NCBI GenBank assembly: GCA_001938485.1 | Contig: MQRK01220918.1 | Location: 1 to 64,000 of the forward strand | Direction: 5' to 3' | Length of the DNA stretch: 64,000 nt | Origin: Girardia tigrina | Lineage: Eukaryota | Shown here: one piece after another, positions 10,937-24,653 of the stretch | How positions within the stretch are numbered: the stretch's first letter is position 1 | Layout of the letters: each line of letters opens with the position of its first letter | The notes under the pieces: generated by a model | What the model saw: the letters and a program-made list of their open reading frames with translations, nothing else | What the model was told of the DNA's origin: nothing | Databases searched by the model: none | Made by a program: the position numbers and the translations under genes

Positions 10937-13430
10937 TAGGGAGAAAATGAGAGTTCGGACCAACCCCTCGATGGGGGGTTACCCCGTTGCCATAGCAACG
11001 GTCGCGGTTACGATAACAACGGTTCCAGTTACCATACCAACGGTTCCGATTGTTAGGGTTTCAAAAAATACATGTGAACACTTTTGATAAAATTTTATAA
11101 AGGAAAATTTTTAAATAATTCTTTCAGTAAAATTATTAATTTCAAACAAAATAATATTTAGTTTAACAAAACTTGGAATAAAAAATTATAAATGTTTGTT
11201 TTACTCCATCAAAAATTATAAATATTTTAATCTTTGTTTTATCTCATCAATTTTCAAGGCTCAGGAAAATTACTATATAAACAACATCAAATCTAGTTTT
11301 AGTTGACCCAAAAATATTTGCAAGAAAATCAACCAAGAAAAAGTCGTGTTAACAAGTAAAGTGCAAACTTATTTTATTTTTACTTTATTCTTTTTTAAAT
11401 ATTAAACCATAAGTACCACGTATGGGAGAAGAGGGTTTAATATAAAATCTTTGAGTTTTAATCAAATCATCGTCCGACTTTGGAGATTCGCAGTTTTTAC
11501 TGTAACCTGTTAACTCGCACAAAATATTGATTGTGTTTGTATTCTGTCATCCAAAATTGAATTATTATTATTATTATTTGTGACTTGTCGATATTTGTTA
11601 TTTGAAATAAAGTTTGATAAAGGAATTTATGTTCATTATTCATATATTTATGTTGGAAGACCTTTCTGAATAATTGGAGTCAGATCAAAAATTAAAGATT
11701 ATTGACTGAGAATTATTGATAAAAGATTATTGATCAAAGAATAAAGAATAGAGATTTACGATTAAAGATAAAGATTAAAGATTTGTATTTTAAAAAGTGA
11801 ATAATTGAATTAAAGATAAATTTTAAATAATACCCAACACGATTAGCTTAGACAGCAACGGTTCCGAACACCCTAACATAGACAGCAACGGTGGCGATCA
11901 CCCTAGTTACGGTTCCGGCTCACTTGGTAACGGTAACCAAGTTCTTAGTTACTATAGCAACGGTAACCAAGGGATGTTTTTCATTTGCAACGGATGCAGT
12001 GATTCAAGGCGGTTGTAAAAATGGTAACGGTTTCCATACCCATACCAACTGTGACCATTTCCTTAGTAACAGAAGAAAAAAGTGCTAATCAATCTCTGCA
12101 CAGTGCCCAAATGTGCTAATCGATACTTGCAAAAAGCTAATCAATAGTGAACATTTTGCCGCACATTTCTATTGTGCTAGCACAGTGCTTTTTAAGTTGC
12201 ACATGTGCAAAAGTTCAAAAATCAATACATAAAATTTTTAAAGTACTAGTAAAAATCGATATCATGTGTTTGATGCACATTTTGATTTTCCATCTGAATG
12301 TGCAATTAGAATTTTCATATATTGATTACTTTTACCTATAATGAACATAATGTGTAAATTTACTAAACATCCACATAGATTTTATCCCTAGGCAGAGGTA
12401 CAAGGAAGCAGAATATCAAAAAAGTGCTGATGCACTTGAGTAGTAATCCATATACGTACATTCAGATACCATAAAAACATTTTTGAAAAAGTGCTGATAA
12501 ATTGATTTTTTTCGAATATTTCTGAAATTCTTAAAGAAGTGCTCAAAAATCGATTTTTTCGTATATATATGAAACCCATATGTTATATGTATGTTACTTA
12601 CCATCAAACAATACCTCATGAATCACCTAATGTATTTCATCAACAATCACAAGTACCTTGGTTACCGTAACCAAGATATATAACCTTTTATATTACATGT
12701 AAAAACTACATGTATAAAACTCCTATAGTACTTCAAACATGGATCGACACTATACATAACATTTACATAATCAGCTAAGTACCTGAGTCTAGGCATCAAC
12801 CATCAAAAGTACCTTGGTTACCGTAACCACGATACATAACCTTTTAATATTATATATAAAAACAATCGAAAACACCTTAGAAACCGTCACCCTTACCTTA
12901 AAAAACCATGAAAAATACCTTAAAAAACATCGAAAACATGTAAAAACCACCAAAATTACACAAAAAAGTGCACAAATCAATACTGCACTCGTCTGCACAT
13001 GTACTGCCTAGGCTGCACTGTGCAAATCAATACTTCACATGTGCAAGTGTGCAAAACCAATAAGTTCACAATTGTGCAAAGTGCACTATATTTATGCTTT
13101 TTATATAATAGAGCTTGGCAGAGGTCGAAGGTAGTAAGATATCAAAAATCTGTCTGAACACATGAAACCCTAGAGAGAAACCCATAGATTAATAGCCGGA
13201 ATATGATCTTAGATTCTCGAAAAAACGCACACATATGGATTATTGAGATGCTGTGTTTTATAGTGTAACGTGAGGGAGAACTCTCATACGGTATAGCCTA
13301 GGCAGGCGAAACAAGCAAAATATCAAAAATCTGTCTGAACACATGGATAGTAACTCATATGAATAGTCAGATTCAATATCACCGTTTTTGAAAAAAATCG
13401 ATACCTAGTGCTTTTTCGAATATCTGCACA
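10937..13430 (-). mobile_element. X-box module copy C (longest copy, reverse), interrupted by a solo LTR
   Basis: Reverse complement of copy A out to ~12860. Continues with diverged internal repeats (12387-12520 similar to 13113-13170 and 13297-13425). Confidence 0.75.
11051..11839. mobile_element. Solo LTR (Gypsy-like)
   Basis: TGTTAGGGT...ACCCAACA termini and 4-bp TSD CGAT. Removing it restores the X-box array. Confidence 0.8.
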
Positions 13431-13691
13431 TTATGTGTGCAAATAATATATTATAGATATGTATTATATTATGATATTATACTATGTTATCAACCAATAT
13501 CGTATCAACCATTCAAAACATGACCGTATCCAAGGGGATATCATCATACATCCATCATGTCAACGTATTGCATTCATCATATAAATGCACAACTGAACAT
13601 GTAAAAAATACAGAAAATACTGAATGATAGATAAAGATATATATATAATATATAATTTTAATATATAATTCTTTTTAATATATAATTTTAA

Positions 13692-14420
13692 GAATTTCAG
13701 AATTATTCGAAAAAATCAATTTATCAGCATTTTTCAAAAATTTTGATATTGAATCTGAATTTACGTATATGGATTACTATTCAAGTGCATCAGCACTTTT
13801 TTGATATTCTGCTTCATTGTACCTCTGCCTAGGGCTAAAATCGATATGCATTTTGTGTAAATTTACACATTATGTTCATTATAGGGAAAAGTAATCAATA
13901 TATGTAAATTCTAATTTCACATTCAGATGGAAAATCAAAATGTGCATCAAACACATGATAACGATTTTTGACACTAGTACTTTTAAAAAGTTCATGTATT
14001 GATTTTTGAACTTTTGCACATGTGCAACTTAAAAAGCACTGTGCTAGCAAATTAGAAATGTGCGGCAAAATGTGCACTATCGATTAGATTTTTTAAAGTA
14101 TCGATTAGCACATCTGGGCACTGTGCACCGATCGATTAGCACTTTTTTTCGGTTGCTAAGGAAATGGTCACGGTTGGTATGGATATGGAAACCGTTACCA
14201 TGTTTACAACCGCCTTGAATCACTGTATCCGTTGCAAATGAAAAACATCCCTTGGTTACCGTTGCTATGGTAACTAAGACCTTGGTTACCGTTACGAAGT
14301 GAGCCGGAACCATTACTGGGATGTTCGGAACCGTTACTGAGGTGATCAGAACCGTTGCTGTCTAAGCTAAGGTAATCGGAACCGTTGGTATGGTAACTGG
14401 AACCGTTGCTATGGCAATTA
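13692..14420 (+). mobile_element. X-box module copy D (truncated at both ends)
   Basis: Matches ~365-1117 and the reverse complement of copy C. Confidence 0.8.
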
Positions 14421-14506
14421 AGTTGCTATGTACATTAGGATATAAAGTAAAGTGTAAGTGTGTTAAAAAATTTGTCAGTCAGTATATCACTTGAGCAGGG
14501 ATAGTA

Positions 14507-15987
14507 CAGTCCGTGTCATAATTATCCGTACGGCCTAAATTTTTTTAAACACTATTGTAACTTGTTAGATGTTGTATAAAAAATACAAAGCACATTTATA
14601 AGTAAAGTAATTAATAAAATGTAACAGTAATTTATATTTAAGAAAAATATAGGATATTTTTATTTTCAACGTTGCATAATTATCCGTACGATATTAGAAG
14701 TACATTTTAAAGCTACAGTTCAATACTTCAGACGTTGTCCACGTTTCTCAAGTATAAGGCAAAGCCTGTAGTCATTGAATCATATAAATTATGAACTTCC
14801 TGTGCCTTTGTTTCATTGAACATACAGACAGAACTTTTTATTCGAGATTCAAGTTCGCGGAGGTTTTTTATTGCTCCATGACTATATATATCACGCGAAA
14901 GTGCGGACCATATGTTCTCAATTATATTAAGGTCCGGACTATATGGCGGCCAATCCAAAACCTCAATTTTAGAATTTTTAAAGAATTCCTTGGAGAATCT
15001 TGAAACGTGAATTGGACAATTGTCCTGTTGAAAAATAAAATCTGGACGATGATTCACTTTAATGATCGGGAATGCTTTATTTTCTAACATATCAATATAA
15101 TTTTTTGATTTTTGCTTACCTTTCAATATTTCGTACGATAATAATCCATTGGGCATTATCATACCCAAACCATTAAACCAGGAGATCTAACGACTTGTCT
15201 TACACGCATTGGTGACTGGTTCTTATCAAGCCAAGAATAAAATGAATCACAACCATGAATTGTAAACAATTTTTCATCAGAAAAAATACTTTGTTCCATG
15301 GAATACCAGTCTTTAAAAAATTTCTTGCAGCATCAACTCTTTTTTGTCGCATGCGTGGTGTACGAGTGAATTTAAAAGGTAGTCTTTTGTAATTAAAATT
15401 AAGACATTTCAGAGATCTACAAACCGTTGACTTTGATACTTCCAAGTTCAATTCTTTTATAATGTCTTGACTGGAACATTTCNNNNNNNNNNNNNNNNNN
15501 NNNNNNNNNNNNNNNNNNNNNNNNNNNNNNNNNNNNNNNNNNNNNNNNNNNNNNNNNNNNNNNNNNNNNNNNNNNNNNNNNNNNNNNNNNNNNNNNNNNN
15601 NNNNNNNNNNNNNNNNNNNNNNNNNNNNTTTTTAGCAATATTTCCAAAAGACATTCCTTCTTTTCTTTCTTTAAGAATAGCTTCTTTATCAACTTTAAAA
15701 TTCATCTAAAATAAAGCAATTGAATTACTTAATATTAATTTAAAACATTATAAATGTTAAAGCATTAAAAAAAATAATATTTATATTCGTACGGATAATT
15801 ATGCAACGGTTTAAAATTAATCTAGCTTACTCTCATAGCATTTAAACAAATATTTAAAAATAAAACATAAATTAAAATACAAACTAATTGCTAAATTTCC
15901 TATCACAATTAGAATTTATACAGGATGTATTATGATTATTTTATGACCGTACGGATAATTATTTAATAATTAAACTAACACGGACTG
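14507..15987 (-). mobile_element. Tc1-family (DD34E) transposon, IR/DR type, frameshifted transposase 14728-15705
   Basis: TA-flanked TIRs CAGTCCGTG; inner repeats ataattatccgtacg; motifs [27 protein letters not shown]. Confidence 0.9.
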
Positions 15988-16220
15988 TAATAATATCACG
16001 TGAATTGCTACCAAACAGACAATAAGAGATTGCTTCGGAATATCAAAAAATCACGACTGAGAATTGCAAAAACGAAGAATTAATATTAGTCCAATGTATA
16101 ATAATCAATTTTTCTATTGATTTTTTAATTTCACATATAATTTTAATACAGATATATACATACATATAAATAAATATAAGTGACGATAAGGAATCAAGAA
16201 CTCAAAATTCATTGTAAAAT

Positions 16221-16226
16221 TTTATT
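16221..16226 (-). terminator. Candidate polyadenylation signal AATAAA of MCCC2
   Basis: AATAAA about 75 nt downstream of the stop codon. Confidence 0.4.
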
Positions 16227-16300
16227 GATAAAAGTGTTAAAAATTATTACATTAAAACAGTTTGAAACACGGATTTTTAACATAAAACATTTTTTTCCGT

Positions 16301-16510
16301 TCACATTCTGAAAACTCCAAACCGGGCCACGTCCTCTCCAAATTGACGATTGAAACATGCACTGAGACTTAATGCTAACACAGATCTCGTGTCTTTTGGA
16401 TCAATGATTCCATCATCCCACAATCTGGCACTAGAAAAATACGGGTGACCTTCTTCTTCATATTTAGACATGACAGGATTTTTAATTGCGGCTTCCTCTT
16501 CAATGGACAT
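16301..16510 (-). CDS. MCCC2: MCCC2 exon 12 (last)
   Basis: [10 protein letters not shown]...[10 protein letters not shown]...FGVFRM*; AG at 16512-16511. Confidence 0.93.
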   Translation of the reverse strand: MSIEEEAAIKNPVMSKYEEEGHPYFSSARLWDDGIIDPKDTRSVLALSLSACFNRQFGEDVARFGVFRM

Positions 16511-18858
16511 CTAGACAGATAACGGTAGTCTAATTATACTCAATATTCTAACCAATAATTCATCTATATTTTATAATGATGTGATTAAGATTTAAAGAAA
16601 AACATTTTGAATTTGATAACTCAGGAGATAAAAACGCATTACCTCCTTTCCTTCTCTTAATCTTTGTTCTTTTTGTATTTGAACTAAAACATTAGCAGCT
16701 TGTTCTCCTCCCATAACACTTATCCTGGAATTAGGCCACATATACAGAAATCGTGGTCCGTAAGCTCGACCACACATTCCATAATTTCCGGCCCCATAAC
16801 TATTACCAATAATTACAGTAATTTTAGGGACATTCGCTGTAGCGACTGCAGTTACTAATTTTGCACCGTTTTTAGCAATACCCCCTGCTTCAGCATCCCG
16901 ACCCACCATGAATCCTATGATAAAATTATTTCAAAAACTGTTTCCGAAAAATTTAAATGTTTTTTTCGTTATCTAAGAAATATTTCCAATCTTTTAAATC
17001 CAAATCTCTAAATATCTACGGGATGTAAAATTTATAAAGTAGTTTAAATATTTGTTTAAAAATTTCCAATAAAAAAATGAAAGAACTTACAATCTTTATA
17101 ATTATTATTTACATATTTTTAATAAATTCGTTTAGAAAAGTATTTGTGAAATCAAGATTATTAAATTTCAGTATTCACTTTTTTTAAAGTTATTTGGAAC
17201 ACTTTATTTATTATTTAAAATATTGTGTTTTTTTCGTGCTGCTATTAACAGGTTTGGCTCAAAAGTTTCTGTCGATGAATAAAGCTTTCTAAAATTAGTT
17301 CTATGCATTCGCGGTTAATGACATTTTTACCAGGTACTCTTCAGTAGTTTTGTTAACAATATATGTTAAAACATTTAAAAAAACATTCAAAACATTCCTC
17401 ACACTTCTAATTCTGAAGTAAATTTAATATTAGGATGAAGGTCATTAAAGTTTTTTAATAATGGTTCTATAAGATATTGGTTTTTGAAAACAAGAATACA
17501 CATCTCTTGTAGAGTACTGAAAATTATCATTCAAAAATTGATTGGAAACCAATAAAACAATTCGGTGTTATAACAGAAGATTATTTTGGCTTGATGATTT
17601 GACGGAGTTAATGTTTTTTTCGGCGATATTTCGATTTGAAATAATTTGGCTTATTTTTGTACGATACTTTATTGATTTGAAATTTTTGTGAAACGATATA
17701 GCATATTGAATTTTAAAGATATTTTTTGAACATCAATTTGGCGATATCATTAATCGAAATTTTGTAAATCAGTTTGCCGATATTATTATACGAATTATTT
17801 GTCAAACGATTTAATAGAATTTTCTGAATAAATTAACATTTTTAAACGTTTTTTTACTTCCTTAATAAATTTTTTTAAGCGAATATTTTTGTACAAATTT
17901 TGTTTGTTCAAGTATTGTGATAATAATTAAAATATTTTGAACTTGATTATTTTGAATTTGATTTTTTAACAAATTTGAACAAAAAACTATCATGATAATC
18001 AGTCTAAATACTATAACATGGGTCCAGCACGAAATTCCTGAGAACCATGTCTCTGCTACCCCCATCTACCGTGTTACCTCGAATATTTTGCGCGCGCAAA
18101 CTAACCAAATTTTAAAAAATAATCAATTTTCTCAAAGCTTTATAAAATTATTCGAATAATTTGCCACCGTTTAGATTGCGCAGGCATATTATTTCGATTC
18201 AAACATAACAAAATGAAAAGGTTTGTAAAAACGTTTTAAGGGTAGAATCAACCGTAAAAAAGATATTATTAAAAATGATTTGATTATTTTTTTTTCAATT
18301 TTTTTCTTTTATATTTTCTATATGAGAAAATTAAAAATTTATGTAAAAAACCAAATAATTTGCACGCACAAACTATTTGGGGTAAACACAGTAGTCTTCA
18401 GGTAACCTGGAGATCGGATGAAAAACTCATTTTTAAATGAAAAAAATCTCAATTTAAAATGAAAACCTTAAATTGTCTTCTAGGAATCACCATAAAAATA
18501 AATCATATAGGGTGATGTCTCATGAAAGTAAAGAATATTTAACAAAACCCTCTCCATCCAATGCACTTGCTTGACAAAGTCTCACCAAGTAAGCATCTAA
18601 TATCACAATAGTAGTGTGAGAGTGCGCGATTTTGATGAAAATAACAATTTTCAAAGTGCTCCTTAATTTTTGGTATTAAAAACTGTTGAAGTCAGTAAAC
18701 AGGACCATTCAGTAGTATAAAAAGAACAGTTTAAAAAATCATCTTGAGTCAATAATGTAGACTATGTTGTTTGTAATTTTTTTTCATTTTGAAAATTAAA
18801 CAAATTATAATAAAGATCTAGTTTAGAATTATTTAAAGTGTGTATACATTTAGGAACA

Positions 18859-18919
<61 letters not shown>

Positions 18920-21900
18920 NNNNNNNNNNNNNNNNNNNNNNNNNNNNNNNNNNNNNNNNNNNNNNNNNNATATATATATATATATATATATTATAAGTAG
19001 AGATTTCAACTATTTGAACTTTTAAACTATTCGAATACCAAATTAAAAAATCGCAAAATATTCGAATAGTTTATCGAAAATAAAAAACGTATTAAACTTA
19101 ACAAAAAATAATAATTCTATTTCTTAAAATAAAAACAAATACATATTAATCACTTTTATTTTTAATTATATTTTCAAAAAAAATAAGTGAATTTAAGGTT
19201 TCAAAATTTAAATTGGTTCTTTTTCGGTTTTTATTGGATCCGCTGTTGAGAACAAACGTTCAATCGCTGTTGATGTAGGTCGAATTGATATCAGTGCATA
19301 ATACAGTAAGTCCAGTCTTGTCGTTCATTTCTTGAAAGAATTCAATTGTTGAAAATCGTTCTTCAGTTCAGAATAATGATCAAATACTATTTTTTGCAAA
19401 TAATCAGATTTGCCAATCTTTTATTGAACTAATCGCATAATCTATTTATTTTGCAATTCTTCATGCAGCGGTATTTCTGCTAAATCGGTATCAAAATTAG
19501 ATGAGCTCGAACTAGAACTATTGTTATGCTCCTCTTCTGTAAACGTTTTTCGATGTATCTGTTTCATAATTTCAACAGCTAAAGTATTAGCTGCATTTTT
19601 AAAGAATATGTAAAATTACAGTTCGAACGTGGTATATTGCCAGTCTCCAGATATATTAGAAGTGTCATTAAAATCGGATCTCTCCTGCCTTCTATCCTAT
19701 TTTTAAAAGTGTTTAGCAGTTTTTGGCTTACCTAAGTTTGTAGAGATTCAAATTTATCGAATAAAAAATTTATGAACTCGTTCAACTGTTAAAATATTTG
19801 CTTCATTTTTACTTAATTCAGCGACACCAGTTTCAACTGGCATGAGAACATTAACAAGACTTTGGAGTGCGATAATATTAGGTTGTCCTAAAAGTTCTCG
19901 ATCAAGAATGACAAATACAATTTTTTGTACAAGAATTTATTTTAAATAAATAACAAATAATCTTCAAAGTACAGTCCATCGTTTTCGACTACTTTCTGTA
20001 GAAACGGTCCAGCTGTTGACAATAGATCTCTACATTGATGGCCTGGCCGTTCTGAACAAACTCAAAGTTCCACCAGACGCACAACACGATTTTCAAGCTA
20101 AATTGTTTTGGAACTGAAGGTGTTGCTTGATCCGGTGGAACCCATCGCTTGTCTCGGTTGTGGTTGACCAAGTAGACCCACTTCTCGTCCGATGGCACAA
20201 TTCCTTTCCAAAACCAGTCATCTCGTGGATTCTGTAGCAATTGTCGGCAAATTTTGACTATTTTATCGACCTGTGCTTTGGTGAGTTCGTGTGGATCTTA
20301 ACATGTTTCTTGTGCACAAAGTCGAGCTGCTTCAAATGCCAATGTATGGTTGACTTGTAAACTCCAAATTGAAATGCCAAATCGCGATTGCTTGACGAAG
20401 ACTTCATGTCCAACTCTGCTTGCAAGTCATCGTTATCCAATTTTCTTGGTCGTCCAGAATGAGGACTGTCGTTCAAGTCAGAGTTGTCTTTATTGAAACG
20501 CTTGAACCAATCAATTGCCGTACTTTTTCCGATCATTTGTGTACCTTCAACTTTGCAAATTGCCTTGGTAGCATCTCGTGTTTTCAAGCCTTTCTTCCAA
20601 TAGTGACGCATCAGCACACGGATTTCAAGCTTTATAATCTTGTAGTCCATATAATGCTATAAATAAATCGATATACATCAATATCGAATAAATAATTCCA
20701 AAAAGAAATTTGAAAAAAAATTTATTTTCATTATTGACCGGGATTTTTTAGGACAACCTAATAAATCTATTAAGTATTCGAATATCAAATAGTTAAAAAA
20801 AAACAGGCAAATATATTCGAATAGTAAATAATCGAATACTTAGTTGGAATCTTTAATTATAAGTTTCATATAAATTTTAATCAATTCATTAATTTTATTT
20901 CTATACGAGTCAAATGACTTATTATCGACACCCAATATGTATAAAGTATATGTATCATATACAATAGTAGTAATTAAAAATACACTTTTTAGAATTTTGA
21001 AAAGAAAAATTAAAGTAAATAAACAGTTTTACCTGTAATATGTTGCAAAAATATTAAAGGAATTTTTCTTTGACAACATAACTGGATAAAATGAGTTCCT
21101 TTTAAAGCTGATTCAGAAAAGAGGACACCATTGTTGGCCAGAATTCCAACTGGATATCCCCAAATTCGACTAAAGCCTTATTTATAGATCATCAATTATC
21201 ATAATCGAAATCATCAAATTTATAATACTTTAAATATATTTTTGTGAAATAATTTCAAATACAAAAAATCAATATTATTAAGAACACCAACATGGGTTTT
21301 CGAACTTTTATTTACAATACAATTAGAATTGTCTTTTGGAAAAATCTCAGCAAAGCTTTCGTAAGTTGACATCGTTCTAACTTGACAAATTTTAGTTAAT
21401 GTTTTTAATAAACAATTATTCGAACAAATTTTTCATTATTTTCAGATTTTATTTTTTAAGTTCAAATTTTGTAATTTTAGTAATAATTTTATCTACATAT
21501 TAATTTTATTTAGAAAATGATTTTATGTAAAGAAAGAATATTTATTTAATTTAAAACTATTTAAAAGTTATTTAATTTATTTAAATTTTTAATATTAAAA
21601 TTTGAAATGATTTAATATTTTTAAAGTTTTTTAAAATATCTTATGCTGTACTTTAAAATGCAAATTATACTCGAATAATTATTCATCGTGAACATCCAAA
21701 ATATCAATTTTCCATGTGGGTGGGAGAAACACACATTTCCAAATATTAAACTCAACATACAAAATTCAACAAACCAATTTCAACATACCAAATTTAAAAT
21801 ATTCCTCACAAATATAAATACAAAAAAATGCTTTAAAATTAATAAATTGCAATTTCAACTGAACTACCAATTGTAGTGAAATGAAAGGTCTTTAAAGTCA

Positions 21901-24065
21901 TATTGAATCTGAATTACGACTGAATTTGTTAAAGATTAAGTCTTTCTTTTTGTTATGGTAATTAACTTTCATATGGCTACATTAACTTCTAAACAAATCT
22001 TATATGGCTGTATCAAAGCGTGTAACAAGCACCTAAACAATCGAATATTTTTTAACTATAAGGCATATATTTCTGTTCCATTCTCTATAGACGTTGTGAA
22101 ATATAAATTGACAATCCATTGAGCTCTGAATTTTTAATTAATTTTTTAAATTAAGGAAATTCTATTAATATTGTGTCAAACGAGATGTACTAACACAGTA
22201 TGAGACTCACGTTCAAACATCATAAACATAGTTAAAATTGGAATTAATTGAGAGTTAAGGTTCTAATTGGTGGAGTAGTGACAGTGGAAAAACGAAGTTT
22301 TTTGTCTTGGGGAAAAGCGAAGATGCATTTAATTTTAAACGGTTACAAAGAATCTAACAAAAAAATAATATTCATTTAACACAAAAGCATTCATTTGGAA
22401 AATCTAAGACTGTAACCACTTTATACATTCCTAATCGAAGAAATTTCAATTTTGATAAATCACAATCTTATCCGTTCAAAGCAACTCCTAATCGAGCACG
22501 GACCACTAATTACTATAAGTAATTAACATCCATTACGATAGTATTGATTTCTCCTAAAGACTAATTTTTTAATGTAAACAATTGAAATAACCTTTCTCTC
22601 TTACTGTTTATTGTTATATTGAATATAATTAATTAATTATAGCAGAATGTATATAAGCCTCCCACGACTGTTACGGATAACTGTGTACTCAGCAATAATA
22701 CTCAGCATTGGCGCACGGAGTAGTGAATCATAGACGCAGTATCAAATGGAAACTATTTGACAAATACAAAGTTTTTTGATCCTCTCACACGGCTTCAGAT
22801 GCAAGAGTGCGAGCTTTCAATGCACGGGCACGCTTCGGCTTCCCTCTTAGAAATGACCAGTCATGTTCCTTCGTTCCGTGATTCTGGAGACTTCTGGCTG
22901 TATAAAAGCACTTAGTGCAACGGGGAAAGTGGCAATGAAACATTCCCTTATCCGTTATATTATCAAGCCAAAAAATCAGCACCACACTAGGGATTACTCT
23001 TACACAGTTCTCATCACTTACACCGACAGACACTGGTATATCATGTTCCGCGTTCAAGTTCAAAGGTTCAGTACATCTTTCTGTTTCTTCTCTTTGTACT
23101 ACTTGGATGTTCGTAGTACCATTCATTACCTTGGATTCGATGATCAATTAATGTCATTGTAGCCATCCATTAGTTTTATAAGTTTTGTGGTAGATCTCCA
23201 TGGGACATATGAATGAACCACCACCTCTCTGTCCCGTAAGCGACGTGGCCAGATGCGCATTCTTAATGTGTCTTGTGAGTTCCTTCTGCTCAGAAAATTC
23301 TTTAATGCAAGAAGGGAATGTGCAAGGTAATATTTTGATACGCGGTTGAAGAATTTTCAGATATTCTTTCTCGTGCACGACTGCCACTCTCAATAGCTCA
23401 GATATGGTTCTTTTGATCAGGTGTTTAAATTACTCATCATTGTCGAGAAACCCTCTTTCGTTTAGACTTTCCCTGTTTAGACTCTGAACCTCAGTCACAC
23501 CCTTCCGTGAATTGTATTCATAGAATACTATGCGTCTTTTGGCCAGAATCACTCTTGTCCCAGTCAGTCTAATCGTCATGTCCTTAATCGGGATCCTGTC
23601 GAGTTTGATCTTCTTTAGAGCTATTCTCGTGCAGCAATTATGGAAGGCTCTTTGCCCAGCACTCACTATCATAATAGACCGCAGGGAAAATATTAGTCTC
23701 AATCAGTTTTTTCTTCAATACTATTGGGGCGCGGTTACTCTGAATTGCAGGTTGCAATTCTTTAAGCTTCCGCATTCCATTTCGTATTCTTTGATTAATA
23801 TCCCGGTTGCAGCTACCACTAGTGGTCAATATACTTCCGAGATAACAGAATTCTTTCACCCATTCTATGATCTCTCACCACATTTGACTTGCGATATTCC
23901 AGAGCCTTATATAATATACGGAACGTATATTATACCTTGTCATAATTTCTAATTTCACTGAGTTTATAAATTAATGTTCTGCTTAACAACTTGATCAATA
24001 AAATAAATTAATTACTGTTCTAAGTAACTAAATTTTCGTACGTATAAAAATAAATATAAATATAA

Positions 24066-24111
<46 letters not shown>

Positions 24112-24505
24112 NNNNNNNNNNNNNNNNNNNNNNNNNNNNNNNNNNNNNNNNNNNNNNNNNNATATATATATATAACACTCACAACATATCAATGTTTCTC
24201 CATATAATGGTTTGAATTCTTGAATTTTACTACCATCGACAATTCGGGCTATCACTTCATACATGTTAAACGTTCGCTTCAAGTTAGCTCCTACAATACC
24301 ATACAATTCATTTGCCGAATATTTCGGAGGCTCTGGTTTTTCAACAGAAATCTAAAGAAACCATAACAGAAATGTAAGGTACATCATAAATGTAATATTT
24401 TAGAAATATGTTTCTTTATCATTTTGTGATTACATTTAATCTTAGATATTGTAAATAAATTTCAGAATCAGTAGAATAATTTAGACATTTTCATTTAATG
24501 ATTTT

Positions 24506-24546
<41 letters not shown>

Positions 24547-24596
24547 NNNNNNNNNNNNNNNNNNNNNNNNNNNNNNNNNNNNNNNNNNNNNNNNNN

Positions 24597-24653
<57 letters not shown>

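Larger units (their letters stand above)
3376..11050. repeat. Large inverted duplication: arms ~3376-5607 and ~8289-11050, spacer ~2.7 kb
   Basis: Arms are near-identical reverse complements. The right arm has an extra ~0.5-kb insertion (8551-9044) and a longer 12-bp repeat. Confidence 0.92.

Noticed and set aside
18840-19025. YI-repeat and X-rich ORFs here and at other gaps
   Set aside because: Artifacts of (TA)n runs and N gaps.
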